The notes under the pieces were generated by a model. The model had not been told where the DNA came from. It did not search any database and saw only the letters and a program-made list of their open reading frames with translations. From Candidatus Daviesbacteria bacterium (GTDB taxonomy: Bacteria > Patescibacteriota > Microgenomatia > Daviesbacterales > UBA10151), in contig CP066688.1 of NCBI GenBank assembly GCA_016432425.1, forward strand, positions 578,619 to 642,618: DNA of 64,000 nucleotides, read 5' to 3'. Shown piece by piece: positions 38,212 to 46,086 of this stretch. Position numbers and translations under genes: made by a program. Within the stretch, counting starts at the first letter, position 1, and each line of letters begins with the position of its first letter.

Positions 38212-38904
38212 ATGCCAGAAAAAGATATATTGCGGGAGGAAATGCAAAAAAGCTCTCTAACTTTAATTAAGCAGGCCCACGAATTAAGCGGGTTGGTAAG
38301 CGAGGCTTTAGAAAAACATGGTTCAACTGATGAGGTAGTGGCTGGTTTAAGAATGGTAGAAGAGTTGGGGCGCTCAAGCAGAGTCATACTAGAAGGCAGT
38401 GGTGGTACAATTTTTCCCAATGGCTCAAACCAGGAAACAGCTCCAGTAGTTGCTCCAGTTAATGAGGCAACAGTAGCAGAAGTTGTTAAGCCGACTACTT
38501 TTGCCCAATTACTTAAGTTAAGAGTGGCAGAATTGTTTGATCCGCAAGTTCCAACAGTATCCAGAGAACAAATAGAGGGAGCCGTTAGGGGTAGAGGTTT
38601 AAGAAAGGCATTTGAAGCAGTAGGTATACCTTTTACAGCAAAGACTTTGGATAGGGGATCGGCTATAAACATAGCCTATATCTGTTTAACCACTCCAGGG
38701 GAAAAGTTTAAACCAGGGCATTCTTTTAATAGAAGATATTTAACAAAGACATTTTTATTTCCGAAACGACTCCAAATAGCGGTACTCTTTAGTTGGGCAA
38801 GTGAGATAGGTTATAACTGGCATAGAAACCCCACAGTTAATGTAGAAGAAGCCATAGGAATAAGAGGATTAGCCATACTTGAATCCAGGATAGCCAAGGT
38901 TTAA
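38212..38904 (+). CDS. Hypothetical protein
   Basis: Plus-strand ORF co-oriented with its neighbours. The overlapping minus-strand ORF 38148..38672 is Ser/Thr-rich low complexity and was judged a shadow ORF. Confidence 0.4.
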   Translation: MPEKDILREEMQKSSLTLIKQAHELSGLVSEALEKHGSTDEVVAGLRMVEELGRSSRVILEGSGGTIFPNGSNQETAPVVAPVNEATVAEVVKPTTFAQLLKLRVAELFDPQVPTVSREQIEGAVRGRGLRKAFEAVGIPFTAKTLDRGSAINIAYICLTTPGEKFKPGHSFNRRYLTKTFLFPKRLQIAVLFSWASEIGYNWHRNPTVNVEEAIGIRGLAILESRIAKV

Positions 38905-38929
38905 GATAGTAGTAATACCCGCTGTAAAA

Positions 38930-39625
38930 ATGGGATTTTTGGAACAGGAGACCTCACCCCTTGCCTGCCAGCTAAGACGGACTATTACCATAGTTGACGA
39001 AGTGATGTCTAATTTATCAGTTTTGCAGGATGGGTCTAAAGATAGCAGAAATTTAAATAGAGTCCTGAAATCTTTAAAAGATGCCAGAAGATTTGTTTTT
39101 TCCACAGTTCCCACTTTGATGATTATTGAACCTCCGGCAGAGATGGAAGAAGAGATAGCAGCAGATAACTTTCCTCGACAAACATTGTACGGCCGTGTAA
39201 TAAATGTCCAAGAAAATAGTTTGGCTGTCTCTGTTAAATTGGAAGATTTGGAATTGGAGGATGTGAGATTTGTCTTGGGGAAAAGAGCTAAAAATTTTGA
39301 ACAACTAAAACCAAGATTAGTATTATGGACGCGGTCTTTACCGCAAGCAGTTGAACAGTTATTATTGGAAGAAGCTGCTTACCCCACCCTGGGAGATCTG
39401 GAATTTATAGATGCCCTAGGGTTTGAGCCAGCCCTGGTCGCTGACTGGTTTATTAAAGATAATCTTATCGTCCCAGCATTTGCCAGAGAAAGAAGAGCGG
39501 TTTATATCAGGCAGTTTTGGAAACTATATCATTTATGGAAAAAAGGGTCACATTTCCACGACGCCTGGTTACACCAAATATTTGAATATGCTGCCCTAGC
39601 CACTACAATAAAAATTAAGGCTTAA
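38930..39625 (+). CDS. Hypothetical protein carrying a YchF-like internal segment
   Basis: The segment EEE..QTLYGRVINVQENSL..KLEDLELED is nearly identical at the DNA level (35 bp, 1 mismatch) to a segment of ychF at 58608-58642. Confidence 0.4.
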   Translation: MGFLEQETSPLACQLRRTITIVDEVMSNLSVLQDGSKDSRNLNRVLKSLKDARRFVFSTVPTLMIIEPPAEMEEEIAADNFPRQTLYGRVINVQENSLAVSVKLEDLELEDVRFVLGKRAKNFEQLKPRLVLWTRSLPQAVEQLLLEEAAYPTLGDLEFIDALGFEPALVADWFIKDNLIVPAFARERRAVYIRQFWKLYHLWKKGSHFHDAWLHQIFEYAALATTIKIKA

Positions 39626-39726
39626 GTTTATCTCTTACAAGTTTATTTGCCAGTACTAATTAAATATTAACCTCAATAGGATAGGCTAAAATGTTATGCA
39701 AGAGACTTGAATTAGTCTTCAGATAG

Positions 39727-40368
39727 ATGATTTTTACCGATAGATCTGAGGCTGGTAAAAGACTGGCCGTTAAGCTGAAACCTTATCGAAATAAGAATCC
39801 CATTATTCTGGCTCTGCCCAGAGGGGGAGTACCAGTCGGTTTTGAGGTAGCAAAAATTTTACATGCTCCACTAGAGGTGGTAGTGGCCCGTAAAATTGGT
39901 GCTCCCAGCAACGCTGAGTTAGGTATTGGGGCAATTTCAGAAGAAGGTGTGAAAGTTTTGGATGAGGATACAATTGCCTTGCTTGGTCTATCGGAGGACG
40001 AAATTAAAGATGTTGTTGAACGGGAGGAAAGAGAGCTAAAAAGAAGGATAGACTTTTACAGGCAAGGAAAACCTTTGCCAAATTTCACTGGCAAAACTGC
40101 CATTTTAGTTGATGACGGTTTGGCTACCGGAGTAACTGCCAAAGCTGCCACTCTGGCAGTAAAAAAATTAAATCCTCGAAAAATTATTTTTGCCACGCCG
40201 GTTTGTGCAAAAGACAGTACAGCTAAACTGTCGACCCAAATTGACAGTGTTATTTGCATCTTTAAGCCTTTTGAATTTAGGGCAGTAGGGCCTTGGTACA
40301 AAGAATTTAAACAAGTTTCAGATGAGGAAGTAGTAGATAAGCTCAAAAAAGCTAAAAAATTTATATGA
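39727..40368 (+). CDS. Putative phosphoribosyltransferase (PRTase type I fold)
   Basis: ILALPRGGVPVG and TAILVDDGLATGVT PRPP-binding motifs. Confidence 0.65.
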   Translation: MIFTDRSEAGKRLAVKLKPYRNKNPIILALPRGGVPVGFEVAKILHAPLEVVVARKIGAPSNAELGIGAISEEGVKVLDEDTIALLGLSEDEIKDVVEREERELKRRIDFYRQGKPLPNFTGKTAILVDDGLATGVTAKAATLAVKKLNPRKIIFATPVCAKDSTAKLSTQIDSVICIFKPFEFRAVGPWYKEFKQVSDEEVVDKLKKAKKFI

Positions 40369-41009
40369 TTCCATTGTCCGATACAAAGCTTTTAAGTAAA
40401 TTTTCAATTTGGGTGCCGATGATAATTTTGCTTAATGTTTATGTTTTTTACCTAGAGCTGACTGCCTCCAACCCCGATATGGTAATTGCCCGGTATGCTT
40501 TAATTTCCTCTCAAGTTAATTTTGATAATTTGAGAACACTCATTCCTTTTATCTCCAGCCAATTTCTGCATGGAGGTTTCTTACATATAATTTCCAATAT
40601 GCTGTTTCTGTGGGTTTTTGGCAGGAATGTGGAAGCAAGATGGAGGATATTTTTCCCAGTGCTTTATTTGGGTAGTGGGGCAGTGGGAGGATTAGTTCAG
40701 CATTTAATAGATCCTTTTTCTAATATCCCCATGTTGGGAGCCTCAGGGGCGGTAGCCGGAGTGTTGGGATCATATTTTACTTTTTTCCCCCGCCATAAAA
40801 TCAAAACTCTGATCTTCGTTTTCTTTTTTGTCACCATAGTGGAAATCCCTGCCGCCGTATTGCTATTTTATTGGTTTATGATCCAGGTTTTGGCTTTATC
40901 GATTTTCCCTGTCGGCCAGGGAGGTATAGCCTACGCTGCCCATGTGGGGGGTTTTGCCACAGGTTTAGTAATTTCACAACTATTTTTTAGGATAGGCTCT
41001 ACTAAATGA
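40365..41009 (+). CDS. Rhomboid-family intramembrane serine protease
   Basis: GASGAVAGVLGSYF (GxSG catalytic Ser) and AHVGGFATG (catalytic His). Six TM segments. Confidence 0.75.
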   Translation: MIPLSDTKLLSKFSIWVPMIILLNVYVFYLELTASNPDMVIARYALISSQVNFDNLRTLIPFISSQFLHGGFLHIISNMLFLWVFGRNVEARWRIFFPVLYLGSGAVGGLVQHLIDPFSNIPMLGASGAVAGVLGSYFTFFPRHKIKTLIFVFFFVTIVEIPAAVLLFYWFMIQVLALSIFPVGQGGIAYAAHVGGFATGLVISQLFFRIGSTK

Positions 41010-41824
41010 AGACAATTTCGACAGGTTATTTTGCGCCGGAGAGCATATTTCGCAAAGTTTGGCGGGAACGTCTGCAACTCTTAGGGGCCACCAGGGCACT
41101 TCTTATGCAACTGGCCCATCCTTTGGTGGCCTCCGGAGTTGCGGGTTATAGCCATTTTCAATCTGATCCGCTAAAAAGGCTTCATCGAACCGTAGATACT
41201 ATGGTCGCTATTATTTTTGGAGAAAAATCCCAAGCTGATGCTGCGCTGGCTAAATTAAATCATATCCACCAACAAGTTAAAGGTAAACTTCCTTTTTCAG
41301 CAGGCCCCTTTCCCAAAGGGAGCAGTTATAGTGCTAATGACCCTGATTTAAAACTGTGGGTCCATGCTACTTTAATGGATACAGGGCTGTGGACCTATGA
41401 GTATTTTGTTAAGCCCCTCAGCTCAAAAGAGAAAAAGCTTTTTTATAAAGACAGCCAAAAATTAGCCTCCCTGATGGGGATTCCACAACAGATGATCCCT
41501 CCCACTTTGGATGATTTTAATGAGTATCTAAAAAATATGTTGGAAAGTGGGGTGATCACGGTAACTCCTCAGGCTAAAAAATTAGCGGCTGATATTATTA
41601 ACCCGCCAGTGAAGCCAATACTTAAACCATTTGTGGGTTTAGTAAATACCGTGGCTGCTTATTCCCTGCCAAAATCGTTAAGAGAGGCTTATGGTCTTAA
41701 ATATACTAAAGGTGATCAGGCTAGATTAAAGATGATGACGCAGGCAATCCAGGTATTTTTACCTCTTACCCCTCCTATAGTCCGTTTCATGCATCTGCCT
41801 AAATCCTTCTTGACTAAGAGATAA
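41006..41824 (+). CDS. DUF2236-family oxygenase-like protein (MpaB/Lcp-type domain)
   Basis: RALLMQLAHPLVASGVAGYSHFQSDPLKRLHRT matches the DUF2236 N-terminal signature. Confidence 0.5.
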   Translation: MKTISTGYFAPESIFRKVWRERLQLLGATRALLMQLAHPLVASGVAGYSHFQSDPLKRLHRTVDTMVAIIFGEKSQADAALAKLNHIHQQVKGKLPFSAGPFPKGSSYSANDPDLKLWVHATLMDTGLWTYEYFVKPLSSKEKKLFYKDSQKLASLMGIPQQMIPPTLDDFNEYLKNMLESGVITVTPQAKKLAADIINPPVKPILKPFVGLVNTVAAYSLPKSLREAYGLKYTKGDQARLKMMTQAIQVFLPLTPPIVRFMHLPKSFLTKR

Positions 41825-41974
41825 AAAATTGCTACTTTTGTCCATAGTTTAGCTTGACACCTTCGAGGTGGAAGCATAAATTAATTTAAATCTGGTAATT
41901 TTCTCCCAAAAGTCCCTATTGTACTGAGCGTATTTATGGTGAGCTTAGTCGAACCAGTCGAAGTATAAAATTTG

Positions 41975-42400
41975 CTATTTTGTGGGAAAATTAACTAAAT
42001 TTTCCATAACTCTTTTTTCAATGATTTTTAGAATTTTATTTTTATCTTTTGGATCAGATTCAGAAACTGCAAAAGCAAGAGTGTAAAGGGCTAATGGATC
42101 AATATTTATCCACTTTCCATTTAAACTTAAAAAAGCAAGCAAAGCCATAACAGCTATTCTTTTGTTACCGTTTTTAAATGGATGATTTTTAATCAATGAA
42201 TAAAAAAGTATTGCTGCCTGTTTTTCAAGAGTTGGATAGAGGAATTTTCCTCCAAAAGTTTGTTTTGGTGCACCTAAAGAAGATTCCAATAAGCCATTGT
42301 CTCTGGTTGAGTAATTAGGTATGGGTTCCTGAAAAGTCATTAGTTCTCTAGCAAGATCAAAGCAAAGGAATTCAAAATCTTGTGGTTCCAACCATCTCAT
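41975..42400 (-). CDS. doc: Doc-family (death-on-curing, Fido) toxin
   Basis: Doc motif HPFKNGNKRIAVMALLAF (HxFx[DN]GNKR). Confidence 0.75.
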   Translation of the reverse strand: MRWLEPQDFEFLCFDLARELMTFQEPIPNYSTRDNGLLESSLGAPKQTFGGKFLYPTLEKQAAILFYSLIKNHPFKNGNKRIAVMALLAFLSLNGKWINIDPLALYTLAFAVSESDPKDKNKILKIIEKRVMENLVNFPTK

Positions 42401-42528
42401 GTAGAGGCAAGTTTTTTGAAAGTTAAGGCATATTGTTTTATACCCTGCTCAACAGCCTTTTTGATTAAACTCGCTTTTTGAGGGTTTTGCTTTTGATATT
42501 TAGCTGGAGAAAACTTTTTCTTATCCAT
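42397..42528 (-). CDS. Putative 43-aa antitoxin partner of Doc, not in the ORF track (below its length cut-off)
   Basis: ORF MDKKKFSPAKYQKQNPQKASLIKKAVEQGIKQYALTFKKLAST. Its TGA stop overlaps the Doc ATG (ATGA), the classic toxin-antitoxin translational coupling. Confidence 0.4.
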   Translation of the reverse strand: MDKKKFSPAKYQKQNPQKASLIKKAVEQGIKQYALTFKKLAST

Positions 42529-42792
42529 AAAAATATGATAACACAGAAATTAGATGAAATCTAGACAATATTTCCCATGGTTCGATCAGACTCACCACAA
42601 AGAAAGTCCTGAAATTTGCTGAAATCCTTGGGTTTGAAGCTATTTAACCCCTGGGGTTGGAATGTTTCCTATTTCATTTATACCACGACCGTAGCATAAG
42701 TGTATTAATGTAATCCATAACTAGTAATTTAATATTGAATGTCCTAAAATTTGCCTAACAATTCTCCGTACGCACATCAAAAGTGATCTATA

Positions 42793-42814
42793 GTACAAAA
42801 TCCCTAGGTGTCTA
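42793..42814 (+). repeat. 22-bp direct repeat copy 1 (TACAAAATCCCTAGGTGTCTAC)
   Basis: Identical copy at 46027-46048. Confidence 0.8.
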
Positions 42815-42817
42815 CCT

Positions 42818-42848
42818 AGCACACACCCGGTGTGTGTAAGTGTGTGTA
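42818..42848. repeat. Alternating purine-pyrimidine (CA)n/(GT)n hairpin element CACACACCCGGTGTGTGTAAGTGTGTGT
   Basis: ACACAC/GTGTGT inverted repeat with a second GT run. Directly abuts direct-repeat copy 1. Confidence 0.6.
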
Positions 42849-43056
42849 ATAACATGCCGACGATGTTGGATTCAGTGTCCTTAAATGAAATATATTTTCC
42901 AACCAAAAACTTTTGAGTAAAAATCAGATGCTCTTTGTCTATCTTTAGCAGGCATTTCAAAATGGACAACAGGGTTCATTTTCATAAAAAAGATTATAAC
43001 ATAAAATTTTCTAAATATTTTTTGCTTTTTTACTTAGTTTTAGTATAATCTCTCCA

Positions 43057-43857
43057 ATGGTAGAACCCTTTAATGGTGATCTGAGTTTAATAAATAGACA
43101 AGACTTGGCTCCAATGAATATTGGGACCTCTTTACAAAAAGAAAGACCAGTTTTGAAAGAAACTATTGGGGTTGTGCCCATTTGGTTAGGATTAAGAGAA
43201 TTAGATGATAGAGATGATCATGAGTTAGATCAGAGAAATGATTTAGCCGGGTTTCACCGGGAACTAACGCGGTCTAGGCGATTTGGGCTTTATCCTTCAT
43301 TTGAGTTTCCTACAGCGGAAATGATGGAAGATGATAATCCAGACTTTCAGCAGGCGAATAGAGATTTTTTTACTTTCCTTAACGAAACGAAAGATCGACC
43401 TCTGGCAGTTTTTGTCGTAGCATCTGAAAAAATTGCTAAAAGACCCTGGTTTCTATCTATGGGTCAAACTATTAGTGATTGGAGAAGAAAACTGAATGCT
43501 TCTGATGCGTTTACTTATAAAATAATTCTGGGTAGATCTTTTGATTTTTATAAAGAAGGAAGGACAGATCCAGATGGTCATTTTTCAAAGAGCTCTATGA
43601 GAGCAGCTGATTTTGGGGCTGTATATTTACCATATAATCATGATCATCCTTCAGTTAGCCTTAGAAGGTTAGTAGAATATATGAATAGAGTTATGGGTTG
43701 TGATTTGCCAGGTAGAGAATTTCCAGGTTATTCTTTTGAAGATTTAAGAAAAATGGCAGATCATATTAATCAGGAAGATTTCAATGCTTGGGGTCCCAGA
43801 GAAGGTGCAATTCCAAAATATCCCATTGTTAATGGAAGACCCCAATTTGCTTTCTAA
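43057..43857 (+). CDS. Hypothetical protein (first gene inside the repeat-bracketed segment)
   Basis: 266-aa ORF. No recognisable family. Confidence 0.4.
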   Translation: MVEPFNGDLSLINRQDLAPMNIGTSLQKERPVLKETIGVVPIWLGLRELDDRDDHELDQRNDLAGFHRELTRSRRFGLYPSFEFPTAEMMEDDNPDFQQANRDFFTFLNETKDRPLAVFVVASEKIAKRPWFLSMGQTISDWRRKLNASDAFTYKIILGRSFDFYKEGRTDPDGHFSKSSMRAADFGAVYLPYNHDHPSVSLRRLVEYMNRVMGCDLPGREFPGYSFEDLRKMADHINQEDFNAWGPREGAIPKYPIVNGRPQFAF

Positions 43858-43884
43858 CTAGTATGAAAAACCTCTGAGACCCCC

Positions 43885-44048
43885 CGCCCTCTTTTAGGGC
43901 GTGTGGTGAAAGAGGAAGGCACAAAACAGGTGGTAGAATAGTTTGAGTATGGGGTTAGTTAAACAAGCACATTCAGTTACAGAACTAATCTATCATTTTA
44001 CCTTCATACCTAAATACCGAAAACGCATTCCCACATTCTAAGTGGGAA
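43885..44048 (+). mobile_element. Degenerate IS200/IS605-family element remnant: hairpin CGCCCT-CTTTT-AGGGCG (43885-43901), truncated tnpA N-terminus, hairpin TTCCCAC-ATTCTAA-GTGGGAA (44028-44048)
   Basis: Short ORF MGLVKQAHSVTELIYHFTFIPKYRKRIPTF* (43949-44041) matches the Y1/HuH TnpA N-terminus (YHxxFxxKYRRxxL) and then terminates. Flanked by imperfect palindromes typical of IS200 ends. Confidence 0.45.
43949..44041 (+). pseudogene. Truncated IS200-like transposase TnpA fragment (30 aa)
   Basis: IYHFTFIPKYRKRIP motif followed by a stop. The remainder of the ~130-aa TnpA is absent. Confidence 0.45.
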
Positions 44049-44088
44049 GCTAGTTTGCTCAAATTATAAATTTTAAAAAAATGTTATA

Positions 44089-44571
44089 GTGGAGTTAATG
44101 CCTAAGGATATTCTCAAACTTATTTTATCCATTGGTCTTTGTTTGGGGGCTGGGATAATAGGATCTTTTTTTACAGTTTCCTCAATTCCTACCTGGTATG
44201 CTACTTTAAATAAACCCAGTTTTTCTCCACCCAACTGGATTTTTGGGCCTGTCTGGACAGTGCTTTATATTTTAATGGGAGTTTCACTCTATTTAGCGTT
44301 AAGCGGAAAGGGTAAAGGGGAAAGAGAAAAAGCAGTAAGAATTTTTGCTATGCAACTTTTTTTAAATATAGCTTGGTCTGTCATATTTTTTGGGATGAGA
44401 AATCCAATTTTGGCTTTTGTAGATATTGTCTTTTTATGGATAGCAATTTTCTTAACCATCAAAAGTTTCTACAAAATCAATAAACTGGCTGGGAATTTAC
44501 TAATTCCATATCTTCTTTGGGTCAGTTTTGCTTCAATCCTTAATTTAGCTATAGTTCTGTTAAACTCTTAA
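44089..44571 (+). CDS. tspO: TspO/MBR family tryptophan-rich sensory protein
   Basis: WYATLNKPSFSPPNWIFGPVWTVLYILMG. Five TM helices, 160 aa. Confidence 0.8.
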   Translation: MELMPKDILKLILSIGLCLGAGIIGSFFTVSSIPTWYATLNKPSFSPPNWIFGPVWTVLYILMGVSLYLALSGKGKGEREKAVRIFAMQLFLNIAWSVIFFGMRNPILAFVDIVFLWIAIFLTIKSFYKINKLAGNLLIPYLLWVSFASILNLAIVLLNS

Positions 44572-44581
44572 TAAGGTTGAT

Positions 44582-45292
44582 TTAGGGTTTGCAGAGGGTG
44601 CTTGTGGAGCCGGATTTGGAATCTGCCGGAGGCAGAGATTTTACTTTGGCGCTGTCTTGTGGTGGCAGCAGGTCAAACCAGCAAACAGCATTATCCCTTG
44701 GGTTTGAGAAAATTTTACCCCTCGCATCATACACTCCAAAATCCACAAAAACATTGGTGTTATTTTTAAATCCCACAGCTGTGGCTATAACTTCCCCTTG
44801 TTTGACACTGACTGGTTCTATATGGGTGGTTCTGGAATCATCTACTTTTGCTTTTGGTAACTTTTCTGCCATTGCTGTAAATTTTGGCGCCAGAGTTAGC
44901 AAATGGTCAAAACGGTAGCGAATACCGCAGGGGGCAACAAAATCAAACATATACTGTACCTCACCCATCTCAATGTATCTGCTGGCATCCTGCAGCTCAC
45001 TATCCATGGCCGCCCTGACTTCTATCTCATCATTTTTTGAATTATCAAATCTAAAACCTCCGTGCGGTTTAAAATCCCCACCGCGCTCCTGGCCCGGGTA
45101 AAGGATGGAAGTAACCTGGTTTAAATCAACAGGGGTTTGGAGAATGAGGGGTTCCGGGCAAGGAGGTTGTTGAGACTGGCTAACCAGGGGGAAACCAGGA
45201 GGTGGTGGTCCAAAGCCACCCCTTGTAAGAAAGCCAAAAATCATGATACCTAAAACTACCAAAACAACACCAATAATTACCTTGGGCAGCAT
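44582..45292 (-). CDS. Hypothetical exported/membrane-anchored protein
   Basis: N-terminal TM MLPKVIIGVVLVVLGIMIF. GC-richer than the window average by eye. The antisense ORF 44589..44918 was judged spurious. Confidence 0.45.
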   Translation of the reverse strand: MLPKVIIGVVLVVLGIMIFGFLTRGGFGPPPPGFPLVSQSQQPPCPEPLILQTPVDLNQVTSILYPGQERGGDFKPHGGFRFDNSKNDEIEVRAAMDSELQDASRYIEMGEVQYMFDFVAPCGIRYRFDHLLTLAPKFTAMAEKLPKAKVDDSRTTHIEPVSVKQGEVIATAVGFKNNTNVFVDFGVYDARGKIFSNPRDNAVCWFDLLPPQDSAKVKSLPPADSKSGSTSTLCKP

Positions 45293-45323
45293 ATATTCAG
45301 TTTAACACATATGTTACAGTTAA

Positions 45324-46040
45324 TTGGTGCCTTTTAATTGGAAAAATAACTACAAGTTACCTTTTAGTTTTATTATCTTTTTTGTGCTGGCCTTTTTTCT
45401 TTTAGGGGAACAGCTTCCTGCGCTACCTACTTACTTGTTCGGACCGGGAATTGGTGGTGATGGTCCTGTTAAACTTCACATATTGGATCTTGGTCTAACT
45501 GATTCACTTCATCGCCCTGTGGCATATTTGATAATAGGTACAGTAATTTGGATTCTTTTTAGAATATTTACCTGGCCTTTAGCCTGGTTTGGGGGAGCAG
45601 TTCTTTGGATATTGGAGCAACAGACCCTAACTCCGCTTGATCAGCGCCCGACACTGATTAATGCCATAATTTTTACATTTACTTTCTGGGTTCTTCTTAC
45701 CTTAGTCCCATATTTTATTTTCAGATGGGTGGATAAAAAATGGGGAGGAGTTGGTATTAGGAATGCCATCTTGGTTGTACTGGTGATAAACCTTTTAGTC
45801 TCTGGTTTTTTTGCTTATCAGATTTATGTTCTGAATAACTCATATCGTGGTCTGCACAAAAATACAGGACAGCAGGGAGTTTCACCAAAAGTGTTGCCTC
45901 CAAACACTTGCCCTGACAGTTTAATGACAGAGAAAGATAAACAGACAGCTGTCTATTGGAATGGAAAGACTCTTCCGGTATCTGCGGAAGAACAAAAATG
46001 GGTAGAAAAAAACTGCCCGGGAGCACTACAAAATCCCTAG
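45324..46040 (+). CDS. Hypothetical polytopic membrane protein
   Basis: Four to five hydrophobic helices. Its stop codon lies inside direct-repeat copy 2. Confidence 0.45.
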   Translation: MVPFNWKNNYKLPFSFIIFFVLAFFLLGEQLPALPTYLFGPGIGGDGPVKLHILDLGLTDSLHRPVAYLIIGTVIWILFRIFTWPLAWFGGAVLWILEQQTLTPLDQRPTLINAIIFTFTFWVLLTLVPYFIFRWVDKKWGGVGIRNAILVVLVINLLVSGFFAYQIYVLNNSYRGLHKNTGQQGVSPKVLPPNTCPDSLMTEKDKQTAVYWNGKTLPVSAEEQKWVEKNCPGALQNP

Positions 46041-46048
46041 GTGTCTAC
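46027..46048 (+). repeat. 22-bp direct repeat copy 2 (TACAAAATCCCTAGGTGTCTAC)
   Basis: Identical to 42793-42814. Overlaps the stop of the 45324..46040 gene. Confidence 0.8.
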
Positions 46049-46086
46049 TAAGACGAAGTCGCAAGCTATGCTTATATAAAGAATTA

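Noticed and set aside
38148-38672. 174-aa minus-strand ORF overlapping gene 38212..38904
   Set aside because: Ser/Thr/Ala-rich low-complexity translation typical of an antisense shadow frame. The plus-strand ORF is co-oriented with its neighbours and has normal composition.
42721-42969. 82-aa minus-strand ORF in the 527-bp spacer
   Set aside because: It spans the direct repeat and the GT-repeat hairpin and has no start-site signals. Probably a non-coding regulatory or recombination region.
43057-43857. Possible ADP-ribosyltransferase-like R / S-x-S / Q-x-E motifs in the orphan 266-aa protein
   Set aside because: Candidate residues (GRSF, SKSS, QED) do not fit the R-S-ExE spacing convincingly. 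Too weak to report as a toxin.
44589-44918. 109-aa plus-strand ORF antisense to 44582..45292
   Set aside because: It lies entirely inside the longer minus-strand gene, which has a clear N-terminal TM anchor. Treated as a shadow ORF.
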